Shown: piece by piece, positions 37,520 to 50,339 of the stretch
Layout of the letters: the number at the start of each line of letters is the position of its first letter
Position numbering within the stretch: position 1 is the stretch's first letter
From: Octopus bimaculoides
Lineage: Eukaryota
Direction of reading: 5' to 3'
Assembly (NCBI RefSeq): GCF_001194135.2
Contig: NC_068982.1
Coordinates: forward strand, 62,560,613-62,620,366
DNA: 59,754 nucleotides
The notes under the pieces: generated by a model
What the model saw: only the letters and a program-made list of their open reading frames with translations
Database searches by the model: none
What the model was told of the DNA's origin: nothing
Position numbers and translations under genes: made by a program

Positions 37520-39002
37520 CAGAGTGAAGCAGAGAGGAAGGACGTTTTTGTAAATGGCTATTACTCAAACCTAGGGAGAGGGACATATGTCCGACAGGTA
37601 CCTTTCTGTCCGTGGTATCTTAGCATTTTCTTTTCTTCTCAGGTGAAGTTATGGCGCTGTGGGCGATAGAGCATCGCGTGTTTGCCTACGACAGTTACGC
37701 GAAGAATAACGAGTCTGTCACAGCAGTTCAGCGTGAGTTTTGGCGTCACTTCAACATTCATCGAAATTAGGCTGTTCTAACCCGTAACACAATCTTACGT
37801 TGAGTAAATGCACTTCGAACACGTGGTACACTAATGAATAAGAGACTGGTGGGGGTGTCACGAATTGTAGGGAGCCGGGAAAATATGTAACGCGTCAGAC
37901 AAGCTTTCATACGGAGTCCGAATCGCTCTGCTCGGAGGTATTCCACTGAACTTGGCATCGGTAATCGATCAGTAAGACGTATTTTGTATGAAGACCTGCA
38001 TTTCCACCCGTACAAATTGGTCACTGGGTAAGATTTGAAACCATGGGATTATGCACAGCGGCTTAACTTCGCATGTCAGTTGGAAGCAATTTTTGAGGCA
38101 AATGACAATCTCATTTTGTTAATAAGTGATGAAGCTCATTTTCACACCAATGGCATGGTGAATCAACAGAACTGTCGTTATAGGGCTCTTGAAAATCCGA
38201 GAGAACTGCACGAAAGACAAATGCATAGCCCAAAAGTGATGGTCTGATGTGCTGTTGGAAAAGCTGCCGTCATTGGCCCTTACTTTTTGAAGGCAATAAT
38301 GGAAATGCTGTTACTGTGAACTCCGCACATTACATTGAGATGGTAAACAACTTCTTTGTGCCTGAATTACGAGGAAAACGTATGCCTGTTCGATGTGTGT
38401 GGTTTCAGCAGGATGGGGCGACGGCCCACACAGCCAGAGCATCAATGGACGTTCTTTGCCCTCTCTTCGGTAACCGTCTCATTTCCAAGTTTCTAAGTTT
38501 GCTGACATTCNNNNNNNNNNNNNNNNNNNNNNNNNNNNNNNNNNNNNNNNNNNNNNNNNNNNNNNNNNNNNNNNNNNNNNNNNNNNNNNNNNNNNNNNNN
38601 NNNNNNNNNNNNNNNNNNNNNNNNNNNNNNNNNNNNNNNNNNNNNNNNNNNNNNNNNNNNNNNNNNNNNNNNNNATGTGTGATTATTTCTTGTGGGGAAA
38701 CCTCAAGGCACACGTGTATGCGGATAAGCCCCATACATTGAACAAGTTGAAGCACGCTATTCGCGTGGAAGTCGCCCAAATTGACAGAGCAATACTGGAG
38801 AGAGTAGAGGCTAACTTCCAAGAATGCCTTCAGAAATGCATCAACGAAAACGGACACTACATGACGAATGGTGTTTTCTGCGCTCAATTTTGACAAATGC
38901 TGATTCAATATAAATACGTTGGTGTCAATAAAATTCGTTTGCAGCTAAAATTAATGATTTTGTGAAATTTTCAAAATCGTCCGTCTTCTCTGCCCCACCC
39001 TG
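37520..39002 (+). mobile_element. Near full-length Tc1/mariner transposon (probably DD41D/rosa), transposase pseudogene
   Basis: TA-flanked TIRs cagagtgaagcagagaggaaggacgtttttg / caaaatcgtccgtcttctctgccccaccctg. ORF starts MALWAIEHRVFAYDSY and carries SDEAHF, FQQDGATAH and CDYFLWG, with stops and frameshifts. The D-D spacer spans an assembly gap. Confidence 0.92.
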
Positions 39003-39854
39003 TACATCCATAAGATGAAAAATCCACGAATCTGATCCATGAGATAAAAAATAGGTGAATCTCGTAAGCAAGAATTTTCGGTAGGGGATTTGCATTCCCG
39101 ACACTGATCTATAGAGTATTGCCATCACCAAACTTTTCTATCGCGAGTTTCCGCTAGTACTTGACATAAGAGAATAGGCGTGCAGTGGGTCTGGCTCTTT
39201 AAAAGCCGTTCTGGTGATTGGAATTTCAAGAGATAGAATCTCAAGTGCTGCCATCATTACCTTATAAATTTAACCTATAAGGTTTTCAGCTACCATAACC
39301 TGGTTATATAATTTTTTATTATTTCCACTTGATTGTATACCCATCTGTATGTGACGTTAATTCCCTATTACCTTGCATCCGAAGTATAGTATAGTATAGT
39401 ATAGTATAATATAGTATAGTAAGACAACTGGGTAGCACCGTTAGTAAGAGAGATCAGGAAGGTAAAGAATAAGAGGAAAATATTGCAACTGAACAAATTA
39501 AGCTAAGTTAGAACAAGACAAGAAAAGGTGAAACAATTTTCAAAATGGTTTGGAGAATCTAAAAAAGAAAATCTCAAAAAATTTCAAAAAAATCTTATCT
39601 TTGTATCAGAAATTTAGTATTAGTATTCTTAATGATAATTTAAATAACTTGATTCTTTAGTTAAGTGAATGTATTTTCATAAAATGTATATGATACCTTT
39701 CACAATATAGCCCCATTTTCAATGGTTTTTAACAGTATTAACTAACTCAATAGTACTTTATAGAAGAGTTTAGACCATTAGTTCGTATCTTAACACAAAC
39801 ATTACTTCGGTAGAGAGTAATATAAATATAAAGCGCTGTAATACTCTCTCTCAC

Positions 39855-39913
<59 letters not shown>

Positions 39914-40444
39914 GTGTTTTTTAGAAATACGCACACGCACACATACTAAAATAAATTATGATTATTTTTTTTAAGTGAAATTTTTTTTTAAACAAACTCT
40001 AATTGATACGTACCAAATAATAATAAAAAAAGAAATAATATTAACTTTATTCTATTTAGCCAACTGCTTGGAATTACTCCAACGTTCATATTTTTTACAC
40101 TTGGTTGAATACTAATCTATATTCACTTAAATTTTTCTAGTCTTCTTCCAAGTCTTATCTTTTACCTAACTGCCTGCTCACATTAACACTTAATATGATA
40201 TTTTTAAAAACTTAAACTATTACATTCGCAATTTACCACTAGCATTATAAAAATTCTATTCATTATATAAAAATTAATTTCATTGTAACATTTTTTACCA
40301 TAAACGCAGAATATTTCTTACACAACCCTGTCGTTTCATGAAGCTTTCTTCTTGCATTCCTACATAAATACCAGAGAGTCCAGTGCTCCTCACTGGTTGC
40401 ATGAGCCGATAGGCAACACTTCAAGACTACAGTACCCTCATGCA

Positions 40445-40506
<62 letters not shown>

Positions 40507-41547
40507 GACACACACACACACACACGGACACACACACACACACACACACAAACACAGACACACACTCACACACGCAGCAGATGGTTCGCAAACATAGAGA
40601 CATATGTATATCAATGCATGTACACACACACACACACACATACAGACACACACACACACATACATATATATAGCATCATGAATAAAAAAGTTCATGAATG
40701 CACACACATAATCTAAAACACACACATATATATATCAGGTAACACGTTTGCAATGCAATAGATGTCCTAGCACGTGAGTACAAGAACATTTCTATAATAC
40801 GTGAATAGATAACAATTGCAAGCTCTAATACACACACACACACACACGCAGGCACGCACCCATATATATTACCAAGTGTGCATTTGTGTGTGTACAAATA
40901 TGTTTAAAGTCCTATGCATGAAAATCTATTTATTTATGAACACGATTTACATTATATATATATTCTTTTATTCTTTTAATTTTTCAGTCATTTGACTGCA
41001 GCCATGCTGGAGCACCACCTTTAGCCGAACAAATCGACCCCAGGTCTTATTCTTTGTAACCCTAGTACTTATTCTATCGTTTTTTTTGCTGAACTGTTAA
41101 GTTACGCAGACGTAAACACACCAACATCAGTCGTCAAGGGGTGGTGGGGGACAAACAGAGACATACAAACATATATATATATATATATATATATANNNNN
41201 NNNNNNNNNNNNNNNNNNNNNNNNNNNNNNNNNNNNNNNNNNNNNNNNNNNNNNNNNNNNNNNNNNNNNNNNNNNNNNNNNNNNNNNNNNNNNNNNNNNN
41301 NNNNNNNNNNNNNNNNNNNNNNNNNNNNNNNNNNNNNNNNNNNNNNNNNNNNNNNNNNNNNNNNNNNNNNNNNNNNNNNNNNNNNNNNNNNNNNNNNNNN
41401 NNNNNNNNNNNNNNNNNNNNNNNNNNNNNNNNNNNNNNNNNNNNNNNNNNNNNNNNNNNNNNNNNNNNNNNNNNNNNNNNNNNNNNNNNNNNNNNNNNNN
41501 NNNNNNNNNNNNNNNNNNNNNNNNNNNNNNNNNNNNNNNNNNNNNNN

Positions 41548-41584
<37 letters not shown>

Positions 41585-42319
41585 AATGCAAACACGGACT
41601 CACACATGTATATGCTATAACGCTCACATATATACGTATGTATGTATCCCAAATTCTTCATTTTCAAGTCATAACATGCACATCTAGTAAAAAATAATAA
41701 ATTCACGAAGTAATTTTAACTAATATATTTTAAGAAGTAAACTTACGCAAAATAAAGGTAGTAGGGATTTTTTAAATAAATGCTTGTGATAGGTTTATAT
41801 ATGTATGATTTATTGCTAGTATTAATATTACTTGCTTTGGTAATATAGGTTGGTAAACAAGAGGAACTTTATTGATAACATGTCGAATTCATGCACAAAC
41901 TATTATTTACGACTGTCGTTTATTCCTCATTTAATATTAATTCTGTTTCCGTTGCGTAACAAGTTTTTCAGTAAAGAAGTTTCTTTTTGCGCGAGATTTT
42001 TTTTTCAAATCCTATTTGTTTCTAGTTAGTATACAACCTTTTTAACTTGATAATTTTTCTTGTTATGAATACAAATTTTGTTCCAACAATATTTGGCTAT
42101 ATATCTTGAGTCAAATACTATTAGGACAAAATATAAGAGAAAAATTATATTAAGTTGTAAACATTGTTAAAAAACTGAGAGGATATTTTCCAGCGGCCAT
42201 CATTCGATTGAATGCATCAAAATACGAAATGGTTAAACGTTTAAATTAATCCATTTAGACGTTCACAACGGTGTGAAAGTACACAATGAATCAGAGAAGC
42301 ATGTTAAGTTATTATTAAT

Positions 42320-42505
42320 GATGGTTTCAAATTTTGGCACAAAGCCAGTGTTCAAAGCCAGTGTTCAAATAATAACTATTTTATCGACCACGAAAGGATA
42401 AAAGGCTAAGTCGACCTCGGCGCAACTTAAACTCAAAACCTAAATGACCGGCAGAAATTCCGCCAAGCATTTCATTCGATATTCTAACGATTCTGCCAGT
42501 TTGGT
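42320..42505 (-). mobile_element. Family A SINE, degenerate
   Basis: gaaaggataaaaggctaagtcgacctcggcgcaacttaaactc. Confidence 0.75.
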
Positions 42506-43231
42506 ACCAACACAGACCTAGATTAGGCCTACCTGTAGGTGGCAGTACTAATTTTATAGTAGACCTGACACTATTCCCAGTTTAACACCCCTGCCTTGTC
42601 AATTGGAAGTAACCAGTTAATGGTAGTACATTTAATAGTTAGGCTGTGGCATCCATTTGTGACTTTTTCTGCAGATATTGACGTACAGATGTTCAGGCTG
42701 GACATTAGTCGCATGAATCTTACCAGTATACTAACTGCAATGATCATAAACATGCCCCTCTCATTGATTGAATTATTCAAAAACAAAGTACACTTTAGAA
42801 TTTTCTTACGATTTCAGACCCAAGTGGATGATTGTATTGGAGTTCCTTTAAATTAGACAAAACTAATAAACTAATGAACAGAAGTTGACTGGTTAACGAT
42901 GTGATAAAGTTTTCAATCTCACATTGATAGGAGTACGACAGGCCATCGATTATATCTTTACTATCCATATCACTTCTAATTAATTGACTGATGAGAAATC
43001 AATACCGGTCTATTACAGCACAACCTCGGATTATATGACTGATGATATTTGATATCAATTAAAAAAAATTCAGTTAATGCAATGAAATATTTGATCTTTA
43101 TACTGCTGTTATCGAATTAGAAAATAAAAGACATTTTAACGTGTTTATTGTGTAAACATGGATTTACAAATATTCACATATACACAACTATATGCACACA
43201 CATTCATAAATACATACTAATACACCTGTGC

Positions 43232-43286
<55 letters not shown>

Positions 43287-43333
43287 TGATGATGATGATA
43301 ATAATAATATTAATAATAATAATAATAGTAATA

Positions 43334-43367
<34 letters not shown>

Positions 43368-43706
43368 TATATNNNNNNNNNNNNNNNNNNNNNNNNNNNN
43401 NNNNNNNNNNNNNNNNNNNNNNNNNNNNNNNNNNNNNNNNNNNNNNNNNNNNNNNNNNNNNNNNNNNNNNNNNNNNNNNNNNNNNNNNNNNNNNNNNNNN
43501 NNNNNNNNNNNNNNNNNNNNNNNNNNNNNNNNNNNNNNNNNNNNNNNNNNNNNNNNNNNNNNNNNNNNNNNNNNNNNNNNNNNNNNNNNNNNNNNNNNNN
43601 NNNNNNNNNNNNNNNNNNNNNNNNNNNNNNNNNNNNNNNNNNNNNNNTATATATATATATATATACATACATAAATATATATATATACACATATATATTT
43701 ATGTGC

Positions 43707-43744
<38 letters not shown>

Positions 43745-44113
43745 ATACACACATACTCATGTATATATATATGCATAAGTACGATTATTTTAAGGTGAAT
43801 GTTAGCACAAAATGTATCCGTCCAGTCATGCTTCTTCTCTATATGAAATGGTAATAATGAAATAAATAAAAATAATCAACAAAAACAACAAAACATTTAC
43901 TGATTCAAATTTTGATTGTCCTGTGCCGTAGAGAAGCCATTGTGGGTTTGCATACATTTTGGAAATGTTGATACAAAGAGTCTTGAAATACGGGAGAGAG
44001 AGAGAAAGAGAGAAGGAGTGTGCGTGCGCACGCGTGGGTGAGTGTATACATATATGCATGTGTATGTATGGACATACACAAACACATGAATATATGTGTG
44101 TGTCTGTGTGTAA

Positions 44114-44171
<58 letters not shown>

Positions 44172-44818
44172 NNNNNNNNNNNNNNNNNNNNNNNNNNNNN
44201 NNNNNNNNNNNNNNNNNNNNNNNNNNNNNNNNNNNNNNNNNNNNNNNNNNNNNNNNNNNNNNNNNNNNNNNNNNNNNNNNNNNNNNNNNNNNNNNNNNNN
44301 NNNNNNNNNNNNNNNNNNNNNNNNNNNNNNNNNNNNNNNNNNNNNNNNNNNNNNNNNNNNNNNNNNNNNNNNNNNNNNNNNNNNNNNNNNNNNNNNNNNN
44401 NNNNNNNNNNNNNNNNNNNNNNNNNNNNNNNNNNNNNNNNNNNNNNNNNNNNNNNNNNNNNNNNNNNNNNNNNNNNNNNNNNNNNNNNNNNNNNNNNNNN
44501 NNNNNNNNNNNNNNNNNNNNNNNNNNNNNNNNNNNNNNNNNNNNNNNNNNNNNNNNNNNNNNNNNNNNNNNNNNNNNNNNNNNNNNNNNNNNNNNNNNNN
44601 NNNATATATATATATATATATAATCTTTCAAAAGCACATTCTAAGGGCGATGTTCTTTTAATGTCTTCAGTGATATTCGGTTTAAAATGTTACTCTACAG
44701 AAGTTTTACTGTGAAGTGATCGATTCCAGTCAAGTCATATAATTTTCGATCTATTTTTGAGTAATTTCAATGTGGAATTTGTTCCCTAGAATATTGAATT
44801 TACAGCTATTTTGTGCCT

Positions 44819-44824
44819 TTTATT
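44819..44824 (-). terminator. Candidate AATAAA polyadenylation signal for the NR2E3-like gene
   Basis: tttatt on + strand, about 640 bp past the stop codon. Position is plausible, but the hexamer is common in AT-rich DNA. Confidence 0.2.
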
Positions 44825-45106
44825 TTACCACCAGGCACCACCACATATTGTACGAAAAACGACACTCTACACTGGTCTTGTACATAAATTTGTGAATGAG
44901 TTAAGTGTCCATTGATGGAAGCAAATGTTGCAGATATTTGGTTGATTACATCACCATCCATAAACAGGTCTGTGTGTGCAGTGTTTTTTGTTTGCATTCA
45001 AGAACTATTCATTAGCCAATGAGAAAGACAAACAAACATGTTTTGTATGTGAATGTTATCGTGATTAATATTGAACTGATATTCATTATATGATCGTATA
45101 TATATG

Positions 45107-45153
<47 letters not shown>

Positions 45154-45463
45154 GATGTAAGTAAATGTGTATCGGGGTGGGTAAGGCGATATAATTATAT
45201 TGACGATAATATTGAGTCAATTCACGAGTTACATGTGAGGGGGAAAAAGTAGATATGTATATTAATATATAAGGTGTATGATACATCGTATGAAAAAAGA
45301 CAACGTCCAAAGGTCACTAATACTGTAAGTCATGAGAGAGGGACAGAGAGAGAGAGGGGGGGGAGGTGATAAAAGGAGAAATAGTGAGAGTGAGTGCGAT
45401 AGAGAGAGAAAGAGAATTAGATCGGGTTTGAACTACAGTCCCCAAACTTTGAAGTGGAAGTGT

Positions 45464-45596
45464 TTAGCTTTTAAACATGTCGCAAAGTAGCCGGTTCATC
45501 GGGGTGTTTCCGATAGTCCGTCGAAAGAAAACTTTCTCGATTCGGTCTGGTGAGACATAGCGAAGAGCAGGAAGCATCAGTAAAAGTCGACCAAAC
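45464..45596 (-). CDS. NR2E3: Terminal coding exon of NR2E3/PNR-like nuclear receptor (LBD helices 10-12)
   Basis: Acceptor tttcatatttatcttcttcag|G, then G+TTT GGT... reads (R)[43 protein letters not shown], with stop TAA at 45466-45464. Closely matches the vertebrate NR2E3 C-terminus as I recall it ([44 protein letters not shown]). Not in the ORF track. Confidence 0.95.
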
Positions 45597-46494
45597 CTGA
45601 AGAAGATAAATATGAAAGATGTGTCAATTTGATACTACGTTATGTTAATCTCTTTTAGAAGAAACAATTTAAAGACAAACATTTACAATTTCTCGGTTTG
45701 AACTTGTCTGGAAAGCGATTTGACATGAAACCGTGTTGAAACTAAAATAATTAATGCATAGAACATTAATTTTAGCCATTCCTAAGCATACAAAAAAAAA
45801 AAAAGACTTTTGATAGTGAGCTAGCTGTCTACTATATACCGTTAACTCTTTGAAACTATATTTGCAATTTCTCTTTCATAAAATTCCGATAGCGTTACGT
45901 GAAAAGTGTTCAAGCTTTGCAAGGACGCACTCTTTAACAGAATGGCATTTTACAAGCGCCCTCTCTCCATATATTATAAAAATATAGATTAATTTAATCA
46001 ATCAGAAGCTAATTTTGCACTGTAAACTATTATCCTATCCAGAAATCGCTCATTTTAGATACTTGCGTAGATGAGTGTCCCTATGTTAGAGTTTTATGGA
46101 ATTTACTGAAGAAAGTGAGGAATAATATGATGAAACTTTATTGAACCTTGGCGCAACATCAGTCATGTTTTTACTCACAATGTCTAGGTCATACTTTAAT
46201 TCTGTCAAGGATATTCTTTTTCGAAATGCGTTTGCAAATATTATGTGTAAGCATTTTACTTCTAAGAAATATCAAGAAACCACAGAATATCTAGCGCTCT
46301 ATCATAGTTGCCCTTTGATAATCCTCTCAACCCAATGGGCTTACAACGCCCTGCCAAGCATCTACTGAACAAATCAGTGCTTTACATTGACATGATTCCG
46401 TAAAAAATAAAAGCTTACTGAGACATTCGAAACTCAACTGTTGAGACTTTAAGCTATAGATTCGCAATTAATAATTAATATTTCAGTGTTATAC

Positions 46495-46780
46495 GGTGGC
46501 GAGCTGGCAAAATCGTTAGCTCTTTTGACAAAATGCGTAGCGGCATTTCTTCCGCCTTTATGAAAGCCAGTATGCTGGTAGAATTGCGAGCAAATCGGGC
46601 AAAATGCTGAGCAGCATTTCGTCCGGGCTCACGTTCTGCATTCAAATTCCGCCGAGGTTGACTTTGCCTTTCATCCTCTAGGAGCAGATAAAATAAGTAG
46701 CATTTGAGTACTTGGATCAATGTAATCGGGTTACCAACTCTCCGAAATTGCAGAACTTGTGCCAAAATTTGAAACCAATA
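46495..46780 (+). mobile_element. Family A SINE in NR2E3 intron
   Basis: ggtggcgagctggcaaaatcgttagc...ttcaaattccgccgaggttgactttgcctttcatcc. Confidence 0.85.
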
Positions 46781-47384
46781 TTATACATTATTTTACAAAA
46801 TGAGTTGGTACATAAATAAAGTCTCCTAAATACTTGGATTCTGTATCAGAGCTGGCATGAAATAACACGTTTTGTCAGCAATTACTAAAATATTCCTCTC
46901 TTGCTTCTAAAGAATTTGTTTTTCTGCGATCGACCTTTATTAATTGCATGGACAGAGAAGAAAGACAATGCTCATGACGAATATCATTGCTTCTGTAGCT
47001 GGAAGAGTTAAATGTAGGGAGAAATAGTAGACCTGGTGCAATTCTCCCAATAAAATAAACACAGGGTGGGGTTAACCAACACATTCGTTTTACAATAAAA
47101 TTTCATTTGAGATTTACAATCAACTTTATTTTGTAACTGATTGAAAATATACTTTGAACGATAAAATTCTGGAGAAATATACATTTTTACATTAGTCAAA
47201 TAATACACATTTGCAAAGTGTGATGATTACACGATTACACCAGCCTTCTTAAATACTCAGTATGTATTTTCTTGAATTCAGAGCTGGAAAAATTAAGTCA
47301 GCACCAGCTGAGTTTGAACTCCGAATGTTTCTATCAATCTACTGTTCGAAAACTTTACAGAATAGTGATATATTACAGAATAAA

Positions 47385-47830
47385 TTTTGGTTTCAAATTT
47401 TGGTACAAGACCAGAAATTTTAAGGGAGATGGGTATGTTGATTGCATCGATCGCTCTGTTTAATTGGTACTTATTTTATCGACTCTGAAAACATAAAAAG
47501 CAAAGTCGACATCGGTGGAAGTCGAACGCAGGACGTTGTAAAGAGCCGGAAGAAATGCCGCTAAGAATTTTGTACGACTCGCTTATGATTCAACCAAGTC
47601 GCTGCCTTAACTACAGAATAATTAATTCAAATGTTGGCAGAGAGCAGTTTTTGAGTTGAGAGGGAAGTTGATGACATCGACCCAAGTATTTGGCTGGAAG
47701 TTATTTTATCGGCCCCGAAAGGTTAAAAAGCCAAATCGATCTCGGCAGAATTTAAGCTCAGAACGTAAAGACGGACGAAATGCTGCTAAGCATTTTTCTC
47801 GGTGTGCTAAAGATTATGCCATTTCGTCAA
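47385..47830 (-). mobile_element. Two tandem decayed family A SINEs in NR2E3 intron
   Basis: aaagcaaagtcgacatcggtggaagtcgaac and atctcggcagaatttaagctcagaacgtaaagacggacgaaatgc. Confidence 0.75.
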
Positions 47831-48099
47831 CTTCAGAAAAATAATACAACTAATTACATGCAAGTAGAGGGGGTGCAGTCAGACTAGTCAACGACCATGT
47901 GTTTCTGATAATTATTAATTGCTAAACTGAAGTACATTGAACCGTAAACGATCTGATCCAATAGCATTTGTAGCTAGAACGTAATGGGAGTAAACTGATT
48001 ACTTGATGACACTTAATTTGGTACCCTTTCGTTAAAAAAAAGAGTATAAAGACCCTTGCAGAGTGATACAGACTCATAGGGCAGGTTACCGAGGCGTAT

Positions 48100-48276
48100 A
48101 TATTCATCAACTGGTCGGGACGTCGGTTCGTCACAGAATTACTCATTTTTGGACTGGAGCTACGTGAAATGAAGTGCTTTGCTCTGGAACACAACGCGTC
48201 GCTCAGTCCAGGATATGAAACGATAGTCTTACGATCATGGGTCAAACACCCTGACCACTAAGCCATGTGTCTCCAC
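48100..48276 (-). mobile_element. tRNA-derived SINE head, distinct family
   Basis: Reverse complement gtggagacacatggcttagtggtcagggtg...; head resembles family C, body differs. Confidence 0.6.
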
Positions 48277-48658
48277 ACTCTTCCGTTTGTGCACTCAGTT
48301 TTCTATAAATATTCAAGAAATACTCAACGAATACATTCTTGAATGCCGTAGAAGTGTTCTTCAGCTTTAGACAATACGGCACAGCAGTTCAATTTGAAGC
48401 TGCGTTTTATTTTTTCATCAATAAGAGCCAAGTTTTCCTTTACATCCTCCCAAGGTGTGTAAAATAAGTACTAGTTAAACAGAGCAGTCGATGTCATCAA
48501 CTGTTCTCTCACAAACTTGTCATCTAGAGCGCATGTCAAAAACTTATTCCATCGTAGCTTTAATTCTTTGGGAATCGATAGATAAGATAAGTTCCAGTCG
48601 ACCGACTATACCATTTAAAAATCTGAGTTTTTGCCATATAAGTAAAACACTCAATCAA

Positions 48659-48767
<109 letters not shown>

Positions 48768-50021
48768 GCGTGTGTCCGTGTGAGTATACATATACAAACA
48801 ACATACATTTGCACATTTATATAAATATATTGTTACAGTGGCATTAAACTGAATTAGTTTTATAAAACTTTGATTAGTTTTATAAAGCCTTGATGGTACG
48901 AGTTCCCACACATGTCTCCACGTGGTTGTTCGACCTGCAGAAAATAACAGTCAAATCTCTTTCAAAGCACTCCTTGTTCTCTTTCAAAAAGTAAGGATAT
49001 ATTTGACAATGTACTCTGTGCAACAGTATGTCTAAACAGAGGGACTCATCATGGCTAGAGTTCCCATGAATATATATTTCTGATCGATCAGAGCTGACCG
49101 TGACTAAAAACCACAGCAACTACAGAAAGCACAGATTTTATGAATAAAGAAAAGTGAAAATGTGCGTGTAATCTCTTTTTTCTTTTTTTTTTTTCAAGAA
49201 TCAGCGTGTGTTAAGTATAAAAGGATGCTCTGTATAGTATCAATTGCGGTCCTTTCTATACATTTAGCTACAAATTATCTATTCTCGTATATTTTTCACA
49301 CCAGAAAATAAATTTAGTATTCCCCTGAAGTAGTATAAGCTATTTATGTATGTAAACTGTTTTTCTACTCGGTTGTTAAATTTTCATTTTTTAAGTATAG
49401 TAACTGATGTATTGGGTTTATTCTCAATTAAGTTTTAAATCTCATTTATTCAGCTTGTGAGCTAACACATTCATCCCAACACAGTACACTATTGTACATG
49501 CACTACAGTCGCTTTTGTTAATTCGCAAATGCATTTTTCCTTCACCCATAAAATTAGCTATCATTCTACAATTTATAATTGCATTACTTTTCTTCTTTAT
49601 TTTCATCTACCAACTTTAATCAAAGATTTATTTTAAGGAAATTAAGAAAAACAAAATAAAATAAAAACAACAAAATCGTTTTGCAAAGTGTGAGTTTTAA
49701 TACTGCTTTCATTAGTGTGGCATTCGTGTTAAAAATGATAGATCCAACTCAGTTCGCGAGCGTTGCTAGCAATACTGTGACATCTTGGCTAATCAGCTTG
49801 TGATCGATGGAGTCAGTGTACAAAGCTGACGGTTTCAGATCCCTTGACTCAATAAATTTAAGATATATTGACATAAATTCAATTACAAAGACGACCCTCG
49901 ACACTCTCTCCTGGGAAATTTCTAAGTGCTGAAATTAAACGATAAGACTAACAGAATTGACTCAATGTCACCATAGTGGTTGTCGACATCCTCCCCCTCC
50001 TCCACACCATCATTATCACTG

Positions 50022-50094
<73 letters not shown>

Positions 50095-50137
50095 CTTTAC
50101 TAAATATGTTGTTCTTGTTTTTGTTTTCGGTTAGTCA

Positions 50138-50339
50138 ATTGGCCTGTCAAACCTACCTTGCGCTCTACAGATTGGCCGACGGCTGAGGCGTAATGAAGAC
50201 AATAGACAGTTTCACTGTTAGAATGTGGAAAAGTAGTTGTAAGCAAATCCCCTTTTCCCCACAAACACCCAGGAACCTTATTTCGGTTTTCTTCTCTTCC
50301 TTTACCATTTTGGCACGTGGTTCGACTGTAAAGCACGTG
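50138..50339. promoter_or_regulatory. Candidate promoter/enhancer module inside the last intron
   Basis: Two GGCCAAT boxes (minus strand) 33 bp apart and two GCACGTGG E-boxes 20 bp apart, in non-repetitive sequence; minus-strand donor CAAG|GTAGGT at 50157. Confidence 0.35.

Noticed and set aside
44725-44735. NR2E autoregulatory AAGTCA direct repeat
   Set aside because: Only isolated half-sites; no properly spaced repeat.
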